DNA of 51,502 nucleotides from Escherichia coli (GTDB lineage Bacteria; Pseudomonadota; Gammaproteobacteria; Enterobacterales; Enterobacteriaceae): NCBI RefSeq assembly GCF_048403405.1, contig NZ_CP183133.1; one strand, 5' to 3'. Shown piece by piece: positions 18,721 to 27,910 of this stretch (position 1 is its first letter; each line of letters starts with the position of its first letter). The notes under the pieces were generated by a model. It saw only the letters and a program-made list of their open reading frames with translations, ran no database searches and was not told where the DNA came from. The position numbers and the translations under genes were made by a program.

Positions 18721-19278
18721 CCCCGAGGGGAGGTGATTTTTCAGGCATTGAGCGTAAGCAGAATTTATAAGTTTTGTTCCCTGGTGCTTCCTCGCTCACT
18801 CGGGGCTTCGCCCTGTCGCTCGACTGCGGCGAGCACTGCTGGCTCGATCATATCCGTGGCCGGAAGATACTACTCCTCCCCCGAGTCGCTCTCCAGAGCC
18901 GGCTACAGCGAGACAACCCGCACGAAGATTTCTATCGTCCCTGCAGACATATTCGAATCGTTTTTATTAACCCTGGCTTCCGTCGTGACAGAACACTACG
19001 TCCTGTAAAAGGGGGACTAAGGCCCCTGAATCACACACCTGAATAATGCGGAGTTTTACGATAATGTCATTGCTGGAAACTTTCCTGACCGCTTCTCAGG
19101 GGGCAACAATCCTGTTCCTTGCCATGCTGATCTACTGGCAAAAGCGATAAATCCAAGCGGGCTGGCCTTTGGCCAGCTTCGCTGTATAAGGGGAAAAATG
19201 CGGCATATCCAGACATTTCACTAGGCAATTTGAATTCAGATATCTATGCTTGGGATCCGGTCAACAGGAGGTAACAAG

Positions 19279-19536
19279 ATGAAACTTGAAACTATACAGA
19301 TAGATAATACCGTAAGGAGTGGTCTTAATTCTTTCACTGACGGGGTGATTATTCGTGATACAAAGGTATTGATCACGCTCAATCTCCCGGATGGACAGAA
19401 AACCACTATTGAGGGGGAATGGCGGCATATGTCGGACGCCAACAGGTTGTCAGAACGTATTACGATGCTTCAGCATGCGATCTATGAGCAGTATGAGGAA
19501 TACAGAGCAGATATTCCCGTCAGCTGGTCCAGATAA
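19279..19536 (+). CDS. Hypothetical protein (85 aa)
   Basis: RBS AGGAGG 7 nt before ATG 19279 (inside ORF 19246..19536); no recognisable domain. Confidence 0.4.
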   Translation: MKLETIQIDNTVRSGLNSFTDGVIIRDTKVLITLNLPDGQKTTIEGEWRHMSDANRLSERITMLQHAIYEQYEEYRADIPVSWSR

Positions 19537-19593
19537 CGTCTGACAGACCTCCCCGGCGAGCAGGACGTTCGCCAGCATCATTCTCCTAAGTAC

Positions 19594-20370
19594 TTAAATA
19601 TTCCCTTTCAGCATGGCTACCGCATCCGCTTCGGGCATCTGAAACTGAACTCGATGCCGCGCAGCAACATCAAGTGCGAACACCTTCGTATAGACTTCCG
19701 TCGAGCTAATCGATTTGTGGCCCATCAGGCTCTGCAAAACCTTCAGTGGTATGCCGGCGTACAGCATGTGCATCGCGTAGGAGTGACGGAACGTATGGGG
19801 GGTCACAGGTACTGAGAACGTCACCCCGTCGGCTGCTGCGGCCTCCACCGCCTCGCTAAGCCAGGTGCGGACGGTACGGTCTGTGATCTCCCAGATACGC
19901 GCCTTCTCCACTTTGCCGGTGCGCTTGTTTCGTCTTTCCAGCGGAATTTTCAGGGTGGCCACCATCATCTGCAGCTGGCTGACGTAGTGGTGATCGGAAA
20001 GCGGAACCAGACGATGAGCCTGACTACCGGCCGGCGCTCGACCTGCTGTTCTGGCCGCTTTCTCGGTGCGCTGCTTGAGCGTGGCCAGCTGCACGAACGG
20101 ATACGGTGGCGCCAGCGAAAAATCCCCCCGGGTCAGCGCCAGCACCTCGTTGATACGCGCCCCGGTGTTCCAGAGGGTTGCCAGCAGCATTTTGCGGTGC
20201 AAATCGGGGACGTAATGGAGCAGGGCGCTTACTTCCGGCGCCAGCAGGTATTTCGGCAGTTCATCCTGAACTACAGCCATCTGGCGCAGTGCAAGCGCGG
20301 CGGAATAATCGATAGCAACAGGTAGTTGCGCCGGTGGGGTGCCTTGATTCCAGGAAATAAGTTCTGACAT
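19594..20370 (-). CDS. resD: Tyrosine site-specific recombinase ResD (plasmid multimer resolution)
   Basis: 258-aa ORF with C-terminal catalytic motifs (…HTFRHSYAMHML…LMGHKSISSTEVYTKV…). Confidence 0.85.
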   Translation of the reverse strand: MSELISWNQGTPPAQLPVAIDYSAALALRQMAVVQDELPKYLLAPEVSALLHYVPDLHRKMLLATLWNTGARINEVLALTRGDFSLAPPYPFVQLATLKQRTEKAARTAGRAPAGSQAHRLVPLSDHHYVSQLQMMVATLKIPLERRNKRTGKVEKARIWEITDRTVRTWLSEAVEAAAADGVTFSVPVTPHTFRHSYAMHMLYAGIPLKVLQSLMGHKSISSTEVYTKVFALDVAARHRVQFQMPEADAVAMLKGNI

Positions 20371-20381
20371 GAAGGAAAATC

Positions 20382-21068
20382 CTATTCTTCGTCTGGCAAT
20401 CCGGTGCTCTCTAAGCTATCAACAGATTCCATCAATCTAAGAGAAGCATGATATTTGTGTTGACTGCGGGCATAACACAGCTCAGCATTAATGCTCCGCG
20501 CACGCGCGATTGAAAGCATACGCCAGGCAGACCAGTGATGGGCAGAGAGGTCATCATGCGGCATAGAACAGATCTGCCGGAGCTCACGCGAAAGACGGAT
20601 TGCCCTGAGGCCAAGCCGGGATGACTGTTTATTAATTTCTGACAGACCGTTACTACCATCATATGGATTGTCATTTCCAAACGCTGACTCGATTGACTGC
20701 TTGGCTTCCTGCTGCAGAACCGGCATCTGACTCAGACGGAACATAAGCTCCGGAGGAAGAGATCGCCAGTCACCGTCTATGCCGTCATAGCTCAACTCCG
20801 GTAGAGTATGATTCACTCTGAAATGCCCGTGTTCGGGTTCGTTAAATCCGGACTCGTAAGCTGAATAAACGCATCTTTGCGCAAATCGCTCAAGAAGAAA
20901 GACCAGCCGGGTTGCAATAAAATATCGCTCCCTCTGCATTTTATCTTCTGACGCCTTCTTCTCCCGAATCAGGGTAAACCGATGGGAAATGTACTGGCTC
21001 CCTAATGCGCCTCCTATACCTGCCAGCGCTGTAATCACAGGTATCCACACGGAAATTCCGTCCGCCAT
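20382..21068 (-). CDS. Hypothetical protein with N-terminal transmembrane helix (about 228 aa)
   Basis: ORF 20382..21098; start could be GTG 21098 or ATG 21068; hydrophobic segment ISVWIPVITALAGIGGALGSQYI followed by a soluble domain with no recognisable motif. Confidence 0.45.
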   Translation of the reverse strand: MADGISVWIPVITALAGIGGALGSQYISHRFTLIREKKASEDKMQRERYFIATRLVFLLERFAQRCVYSAYESGFNEPEHGHFRVNHTLPELSYDGIDGDWRSLPPELMFRLSQMPVLQQEAKQSIESAFGNDNPYDGSNGLSEINKQSSRLGLRAIRLSRELRQICSMPHDDLSAHHWSAWRMLSIARARSINAELCYARSQHKYHASLRLMESVDSLESTGLPDEE

Positions 21069-21131
21069 ATTTGTTCCTATATAGAGAAATCCCGCCACAA
21101 GTGAAAAGGTATGTAACAGTGGTGAACACTG

Positions 21132-21425
21132 CTACCAATCTCCATCAAGCATTTGCATCCATGCATGGCCTGAATCTGCAAGCTCAGTCAAAACTGACGA
21201 CTTTCCTGGAGGTATTTCATTTTTAGCGTTGTAATTCACCCGACAGGCATTTTTGCGAAAGTTCCAGCTTTTAAGATAAGGATCATAGCTGGCTGCTACC
21301 AGGTTGTCCCAGGTGATAATAAGGCGATTGTACTTGCCATTGTCACGGAGCCAGAGACGAGTATGACCTAAGCATTTCAGCGCCTCATATATTTCGTGTA
21401 TGTCGACCTGCTTTCGTTTGACCAT
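21132..21425 (-). CDS. Hypothetical protein (97 aa), first gene of a two-gene operon
   Basis: Strong RBS GGAGGAGAG before ATG 21425; 33-bp gap to the downstream gene. Confidence 0.5.
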   Translation of the reverse strand: MVKRKQVDIHEIYEALKCLGHTRLWLRDNGKYNRLIITWDNLVAASYDPYLKSWNFRKNACRVNYNAKNEIPPGKSSVLTELADSGHAWMQMLDGDW

Positions 21426-22013
21426 TAATACTCTCCTCCATCCTTTGCATGAATATAGTCACTCAGACTAATGATGACGCACAGCACAACCGGGTGTGTA
21501 CAACCGCGCGTCTGTCACCCGGATGATTTTCCCCTCACGTCATCATTTAAATGCTGATAATTAGCAGGCATATAGACACATCTTTAAATTACCTGACGGC
21601 CGCTCTGGCCGGATCCGACTTTTATGTTATTCCACAGTTTCCGGAAGTGTACCACGCACACGGAATAACCACAGCGCCCTTTCAGGGTGGTGAGCGGCCG
21701 GTCACGGGGCAGGGGAGGGGCACAACATATATGGTCACTGACAGCTGGAAACACCGCTACATCTTGTGTTTCCGGGCCGCTGCGCGCCGGCGGGGCTGAA
21801 TCAGATCCGGAACTGCCTTTTTTCGGATCTGAGCGGGAAAAGTGAGAAACCAACATAGGTGTAACATATCCATATGCCGGGCATCTGCATAGGCAAAGCA
21901 TACGCATATACCTACCATCTGCATATGTAACACCTATACAAGCCGGGCTTGCAGGCATATACTTCACCTATGCGGGAATACTCCCTGGCACACTCAGCAT
22001 ATGAGGAAAAACC

Positions 22014-22244
22014 ATGCGCACAGTTTCGATATTTAAAAACGGCAATAACCGCGCCATCCGTCTGCCCCGGGACCTGGATTTTGATGGCGTCAGCGAGCTG
22101 GAGATCGTCCGGGAAGGGGACAGCATCATTCTGCGTCCCGTCCGGCCGACCTGGGGCTCGTTCGCGCAGCTGGACAGGGCCGATCCGGACTTTATGGCGG
22201 AGCGTGAGGATGTGGTCAGCGATGAAGGACGCTTTGAGCCATGA
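22014..22244 (+). CDS. vagC: VagC antitoxin (VapB-like, AbrB/SpoVT fold)
   Basis: Translation MRTVSIFKNGNNRAIRLPRDLDFDGVSELEIVREGDSIILRPV…; 4-bp overlap with vagD. Confidence 0.85.
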   Translation: MRTVSIFKNGNNRAIRLPRDLDFDGVSELEIVREGDSIILRPVRPTWGSFAQLDRADPDFMAEREDVVSDEGRFEP

Positions 22245-22657
22245 AGAAAACCTGGATGCTCGACACCAACATCTGCTCGTTCATCATGCGCGAGCAGCCG
22301 GCAGCGGTGCTGAAGCGCCTGGAGCAGGCGGTGCTGCGCGGTGATCGCATTGTGGTCTCGGCCGTGACGTATGCCGAGATGCGCTTCGGCGCCACCGGCC
22401 CGAAGGCCTCGCCGCGCCATATTCAGCTGGTCGACGCGTTCTGCGCGCGCCTCGATGCCGTCCTGCCCTGGGACCGCGCCGCGGTGGACGCCACGACGGA
22501 CATCCGGGTGGCGCTGCGCCTAGCCGGGACGCCGATCGGCCCGAATGACACGGCCATTGCCGGGCACGCCATCGCGGCGGGCGCCATCCTGGTGACGAAC
22601 AATGTGAGAGAGTTTGCGCGGGTCCCGGGCCTGGTGCTGGAAGACTGGGTGAAATAA
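22241..22657 (+). CDS. vagD: VagD toxin (VapC-like PIN-domain nuclease)
   Basis: Translation MKKTWMLDTNICSFIMREQPAAVLKRLEQAV… with PIN acidic residues (D8, E…, D…). Confidence 0.85.
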   Translation: MKKTWMLDTNICSFIMREQPAAVLKRLEQAVLRGDRIVVSAVTYAEMRFGATGPKASPRHIQLVDAFCARLDAVLPWDRAAVDATTDIRVALRLAGTPIGPNDTAIAGHAIAAGAILVTNNVREFARVPGLVLEDWVK

Positions 22658-22674
22658 TCCCGTAATAATTTCCG

Positions 22675-23494
22675 GGCACTGTTGCAAATAGTCGGTGGTG
22701 ATAAACTTATCATCCCCTTTTGCTGATGGAGCTGCACATGAACCCATTCAAAGGCCGGCATTTTCAGCGTGACATCATTCTGTGGGCCGTACGCTGGTAC
22801 TGCAAATACGGCATCAGTTACCGTGAGCTGCAGGAGATGCTGGCTGAACGCGGAGTGAATGTCGATCACTCCACGATTTACCGCTGGGTTCAGCGTTATG
22901 CGCCTGAAATGGAAAAACGGCTGCGCTGGTACTGGCGTAACCCTTCCGATCTTTGCCCGTGGCACATGGATGAAACCTACGTGAAGGTCAATGGCCGCTG
23001 GGCGTATCTGTACCGGGCCGTCGACAGCCGGGGCCGCACTGTCGATTTTTATCTCTCCTCCCGTCGTAACAGCAAAGCTGCATACCGGTTTCTGGGTAAA
23101 ATCCTCAACAACGTGAAGAAGTGGCAGATCCCGCGATTCATCAACACGGATAAAGCGCCCGCCTATGGTCGCGCGCTTGCTCTGCTCAAACGCGAAGGCC
23201 GGTGCCCGTCTGACGTTGAACACCGACAGATTAAGTACCGGAACAACGTGATTGAATGCGATCATGGCAAACTGAAACGGATAATCGGCGCCACGCTGGG
23301 ATTTAAATCCATGAAGACGGCTTACGCCACCATCAAAGGTATTGAGGTGATGCGTGCACTACGCAAAGGCCAGGCCTCAGCATTTTATTATGGTGATCCC
23401 CTGGGCGAAATGCGCCTGGTAAGCAGAGTTTTTGAAATGTAAGGCCTTTGAATAAGACAAAAGGCTGCCTCATCGCTAACTTTGCAACAGTGCC
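22675..23494 (+). mobile_element. IS26, copy 2 (inverted relative to copy 1)
   Basis: IRs GGCACTGTTGCAAA at 22675-22688 and TTTGCAACAGTGCC at 23481-23494; flanking 8-mers AATTTCCG / AGTACATC differ. Confidence 0.95.
22738..23442 (+). CDS. tnpA: IS26 transposase Tnp26
   Basis: Protein identical to copy 1. Confidence 0.9.
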   Translation: MNPFKGRHFQRDIILWAVRWYCKYGISYRELQEMLAERGVNVDHSTIYRWVQRYAPEMEKRLRWYWRNPSDLCPWHMDETYVKVNGRWAYLYRAVDSRGRTVDFYLSSRRNSKAAYRFLGKILNNVKKWQIPRFINTDKAPAYGRALALLKREGRCPSDVEHRQIKYRNNVIECDHGKLKRIIGATLGFKSMKTAYATIKGIEVMRALRKGQASAFYYGDPLGEMRLVSRVFEM

Positions 23495-24472
23495 AGTACA
23501 TCCGTTATTGAAGATTTGTCGCTTCCCCACCCATCCATGCCCAAGGGGCGTGATCTTTTGATCAGAGTCAGGGCGGTCGCGGTTAACCCACGGGACCTGA
23601 AAAGCCGGCGAAACATCAGCCCCTCTGCAGGCAATCCGGTAGTTATGGGATACGACGCTTCCGGTGTTGTTGAAGCAACCGGACCAGATGTGACGCTGTT
23701 CAGGCCAGGTGACCACGTTTTCTATGCCGGTGTGCTCGATCGCCAGGGAGCCAACGCAGAGTTTCAGCTGGTTGACGAACGCATTACGGGGATAAAGCCG
23801 GCAGCACTAAGTTTTGAAGCTGCAGCGTCGGTTCCTCTGACCGGTCTGACAGCCTGGGAAATGTTATTTGATCGTCTGCAGTTGTCAGTGAACGGAGATG
23901 CTGATCAGACCCTGTTGATGCTTGGCGGTGCGGGCGGAGTCCCTTGTATGGCTATACAGCTTGCCCGCACTCTGAGTCGGGTGAACATCATCGGGACTGC
24001 CTCCCGGCAGGAGAGTGTCAGAGCGGTTCGCGGGTTTGGTGCGCATTATGTCCTGGATCATTCATGTGCGCTTGCGCCACAGGTTGCCAGCCTTGCTGGA
24101 CTCCCTCCCATTACCCGGATTTTCTCAACGTACACCACGCCATCTGCCTGGGAAAATATGGCCGAAATTATTGCCCCACAAGGCCGTATCGGACTCATCG
24201 ACGACCCTGAACCACTGGATCTGCGTTTGATCAAATTTAAGAGCGTTTCTGTTCACTGGGAGGCAATGTTTACCCGCCCCATGCATGCTACTGCGGACAT
24301 GTCTAAACAGCATGATATTCTTAACAAACTCTCATGCATGCTGGATTCCGGTAAGCTCAAACCTCCGTTGCTGGCAGAGTATGGCAGGCTGAATGCTAAA
24401 GCACTTCGCCGGGCTCATGAGGACATGGAAAATAAAAATGTGAACGGGAAAATTGTTTTTTCAGGGTTCTGA
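23495..24472 (+). pseudogene. Zn-dependent/quinone oxidoreductase (MDR superfamily), 5'-truncated by IS26
   Basis: Open frame starts at the IS26 boundary (…EDLSLPHPSMPKGRDLLIRVRAVAVNPRD…GGAGGVP…); missing N-terminus. Confidence 0.65.
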
Positions 24473-24673
24473 TGAACAGGCCTGTCAGAGTAAAAAAAGA
24501 TTCGGGTTCAGCACAATGCTGAATTCTGTCTGGCTATAGAGTAAGAATCGTACCGGAATTGAGCATTTACCCTCAGTACCTGCGGATGAAAAAGCAGTCT
24601 GCCCTGACATACTGAATAATCCCTTCTCATAAGATGCCTCTCTTTTGCTGTTTAAAGAGCTGAGCAGTCCGGG

Positions 24674-24711
24674 CGGAGACTGACCTCGTTCCGCTTTCCA
24701 AGCGACCCCCT
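24674..24711. repeat. Tn3-family-like 38-bp inverted repeat, intact copy (tip GGGGG at 24707-24711)
   Basis: Reverse complement GGGGGTCGCTTGGAAAGCGGAACGAGGTCAGTCTCCGC; its first 22 bp match the IR halves flanking both IS5075-like copies. Confidence 0.45.
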
Positions 24712-24810
24712 TGTTGAAAGTGCGACAAAAGAGATAGGGCGAATGACTATACTTCGCTCATAGCTGCCCGTCATGCCAGCTCAAAAAACAGGCTTAACGT
24801 AGGATATTTA

Positions 24811-26136
24811 ATGAGATGGTCACTCCCTCCTTCCCGGTACTATGCTGAGGACAGGCTTTCATTCGGAGAACTATCATGGAAAACATTGCGCTCATTGGTA
24901 TCGATCTGGGTAAAAACTCTTTCCATATTCATTGCCAGGATCGTCGCGGGAAGGCTGTTTACCGTAAAAAATTTACCCGGCCAAAGTTGATCGAATTTTT
25001 GGCGACATGCCCCGCTACAACCATCGCAATGGAAGCCTGTGGCGGTTCTCACTTTATGGCACGCAAGTTGGAAGAGTTGGGGCATTCCCCAAAGCTGATA
25101 TCACCACAATTTGTCCGCCCGTTCGTTAAAAGCAATAAAAACGACTTTGTCGACGCCGAAGCTATTTGTGAAGCTGCATCGCGTCCGTCTATGCGTTTTG
25201 TGCAGCCCAGAACGGAATCTCAGCAGGCAATGCGGGCTCTGCATCGTGTCCGTGAATCCCTGGTTCAGGATAAGGTAAAAACAACCAATCAAATGCATGC
25301 TTTTCTGCTGGAATTTGGCATTAGCGTTCCCCGAGGAGCTGCCGTTATTAGCCGACTGAGTACCATTCTTGAGGATAATAGTTTGCCTCTTTACCTCAGC
25401 CAGTTATTGCTGAAATTACAACAGCATTATCACTATCTTGTTGAGCAGATTAAAGATTTGGAATCCCAGTTGAAACGAAAGTTGGACGAAGATGAGGTTG
25501 GACAGCGCTTGCTGAGCATTCCCTGCGTCGGAACACTGACAGCGAGTACTATTTCAACTGAGATTGGCGACGGGAAGCAGTACGCCAGCAGCCGTGACTT
25601 TGCGGCGGCAACAGGGCTTGTACCTCGGCAGTACAGCACGGGAGGTAGGACGACATTGCTGGGAATTAGTAAGCGAGGTAATAAAAAGATCCGAACTTTG
25701 TTGGTTCAATGTGCCAGGGTATTCATACAAAAACTGGAACACCAGTCTGGCAAATTGGCCGATTGGGTCAGGGATTTACTGTGCCGGAAAAGCAACTTTG
25801 TCGTCACTTGTGCTCTGGCAAACAAGCTGGCCAGAATAGCCTGGGCCCTAACGGCACGACAGCAAACTTATGTAGCATAACGGCAGAAATACACCGGTTT
25901 AAAGAATTACTGATCTGGTTTTGCGAATACTGATATTGATGATACTAACGGCCCACCGGCCTGTTGAGGAACCTGTAAAACGGAAAGGCTCATTGAAGCC
26001 GTATATTTTCTGGAGGTTCATCAGGCGCGGAACTCATCAAGGCGCGGGAATAAAATCCCATTCAGACGCCGGATAGATTCAAGCAAGCCAACTTGTCGTC
26101 AAAATCGGTGTTGCAAAAACGGGAGTGACCATAGAT
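24811..26136 (+). mobile_element. IS1111/IS110-family element (IS5075/IS4321-like, about 1.33 kb) inserted in a Tn3-family 38-bp IR-like sequence
   Basis: Subterminal inverted repeats GGTCACTCCC (24818-24827) / GGGAGTGACC (26121-26130); flanked by IR halves CTTAACGTAGGATATTTA (24793-24810) and TCCGTTTTCCAAGCGGCCCCC (26137-26157). Confidence 0.75.
24876..25880 (+). CDS. IS110-family transposase (334 aa)
   Basis: ORF translation MENIALIGIDLGKNSFHIHCQDRRGKAVYRKKFTRPKLIEFL… (DEDD-type transposase). Confidence 0.85.
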   Translation: MENIALIGIDLGKNSFHIHCQDRRGKAVYRKKFTRPKLIEFLATCPATTIAMEACGGSHFMARKLEELGHSPKLISPQFVRPFVKSNKNDFVDAEAICEAASRPSMRFVQPRTESQQAMRALHRVRESLVQDKVKTTNQMHAFLLEFGISVPRGAAVISRLSTILEDNSLPLYLSQLLLKLQQHYHYLVEQIKDLESQLKRKLDEDEVGQRLLSIPCVGTLTASTISTEIGDGKQYASSRDFAAATGLVPRQYSTGGRTTLLGISKRGNKKIRTLLVQCARVFIQKLEHQSGKLADWVRDLLCRKSNFVVTCALANKLARIAWALTARQQTYVA

Positions 26137-26157
26137 TCCGTTTTCCAAGCGGCCCCC

Positions 26158-26420
26158 ATATTGAATGGCTGACGGTACTGGATTTCGATGAGATAAAAAT
26201 AGACCGTATTTTTATTGCCAATATTGATGACCCGGTGAAGCGAGCGCTACTTGTTTCTGTGGTGAAAGGGTTACGTGGTACTGGCAAACCACTGGTGTTT
26301 GAAGGGGTGGAAACGCCAGGACAGTTTGAATTCGTCCGTTCTCTTGGCCCCGGTTACCTAGTTCAGGGCTGGTATACCGGAAAACCCGAAACAATATCTG
26401 CGATGAATATTCAGGGTTAA
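26158..26420 (+). pseudogene. EAL-domain (c-di-GMP phosphodiesterase) C-terminal fragment
   Basis: Frame open from the IR tip: …DFDEIKIDRIFIANIDDPVKRALLVSVVKGLRGTGKPLVFEGVETPGQFEFVRSLGPGYLVQGWYTGKP…. Confidence 0.6.
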
Positions 26421-27142
26421 AACGATACGGGGCCCGGCCCGTATCGGCAACCCGACCCGTCAGCGTATCGCTTTCTGTCTGAAGCCGGTTCAGGTCGGCT
26501 TCTATCTGCGCGATGCGGCGGGAGATTTATTCAGAATGACTGCCGAAGTTCATTCGGCGAAGCTTATCCAGCTGCGCCTGCAGATGGTCTATTTCGCGCT
26601 CCCGGTCGGCCTGCTTTTCCAGCAGGGCGCGGTTCAGCGCTTCCTGTTCGGACAGGCGCTGTTTCAGCAGAAGGATGTCGTCAGGGGGAGGTGTTGTTCA
26701 TAAGCCCGCATTTTACCAGGCTTATTCAACGACAACCAGGATAAAGAGGCCTACAACATGGTCAGGGACGTAAGCAGTCTTTTAGGCTGCCGCCAGTCGA
26801 TGCCTTCCAGAAGCATTGCCAGCTGCGCCGGGGTCAGGAACACTTTGCCATCGCGGGCAGAGGGCCAGGCGAAGCGGCCGCGTTCCAGCCGTTTGGTCAG
26901 CAGGCACAGCCCGTCGCCGGTGGACCACAGCAGTTTGACCTTACTGCCGCTGCGGCCCCGGAAGATGAAGACATGGCCGGACATCGGGTCATCTTTCAGC
27001 ATCGTCTGCACCTTTGCGGCGAGACCATTGAAGCCGTTGCGCATGTCGGTGATACCGGCAACCAGCCAGATTTTGGTGCCTGTTGGCAGGTGGTTATCAC
27101 TTCCTTTATCTGTCCTGTGATGATCCTTATCACTTCGCCAGA
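26421..27142 (-). mobile_element. IS66-family internal remnant: tnpB plus 5' tnpC carrying a nonsense mutation
   Basis: TnpB-like …TGTKIWLVAGITDMRNGFNGLAAKVQT…LLWSTGDGLCLLTKRLERGRFAWP…; TnpC N-terminus …LQAQLDKLRRMNFGSHSE* (TAA where Lys is expected); no terminal IRs. Confidence 0.6.
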
Positions 27143-27910
27143 CTACTTCACCACACACATGGGTCTGCCAGATACCGGTTCGGGATGGATTTCCGCTTCT
27201 ACGCTGAACACCGTCTTTAGAAGCTCTGGTTTCATCACTGCTTCCGGAGCACCTTGCGCCATCACGCGACCGCTTGCCAGTACCACCAGATGATCGCAAT
27301 AGCGGCTGGCCTGATTCAGATCGTGGAGTACCGTCACTACGGTTTTCCCCTGCCTTTTGAGTTCAACCATCAGGCGCATCAGTTCAACCTGATGATTGAT
27401 ATCGAGGTAGGTCGTAGGCTCATCAAGAAGAATGAGTGGGGTATCCTGTGCCAGCACCATCGCCAGAAACGCACGCTGGCGCTGGCCGCCGGAAAGCTGG
27501 GTTAACCTGCGGTCAGCCAGATTGCGCGTCCGGGTCTGACTCATTGCCACGTTGACCCGCTCGTTGTCTTCCGCGGAGAGTCGCCCCCACAACGACAGCC
27601 ACGGGCTGCGGCCGTAGGAAACCAGTTCCCGTACAGTGATCCCCTCGGGGGATAAATGGTGTTGCGGCAGTAAAGCCAGGCGGCGAGCCAGCTGGCGGGC
27701 GGAAAAACCGGCTATGGGTTTTTCATCAAGCAATATCTCGCCAGAGTCTGGTGTTAACAGGCGAGAAAAACAGTTCAACAGCGTCGATTTCCCGCAACCG
27801 TTAGGGCCGAGCAGGGCCGTGATTTTTCCGGCAGGCAGGGCGAGAGAAAGTCCATCCAGCACGGTTTGTGCGCCATAGCTGACGGTCAGATTTTCAGTAC
27901 GTAATCTCAT
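27143..27910 (-). CDS. fecE: Ferric citrate ABC transporter ATP-binding protein FecE
   Basis: 255-aa ABC ATPase (Walker A GPNGCGKST); last gene of the fec operon. Confidence 0.85.
   Translation of the reverse strand: MRLRTENLTVSYGAQTVLDGLSLALPAGKITALLGPNGCGKSTLLNCFSRLLTPDSGEILLDEKPIAGFSARQLARRLALLPQHHLSPEGITVRELVSYGRSPWLSLWGRLSAEDNERVNVAMSQTRTRNLADRRLTQLSGGQRQRAFLAMVLAQDTPLILLDEPTTYLDINHQVELMRLMVELKRQGKTVVTVLHDLNQASRYCDHLVVLASGRVMAQGAPEAVMKPELLKTVFSVEAEIHPEPVSGRPMCVVK

Noticed and set aside
18733-19046. ORFs 18733..19008 and 18774..19046
   Set aside because: They overlap the ColE1-ori-like structured segment, with no RBS and a low-complexity translation.
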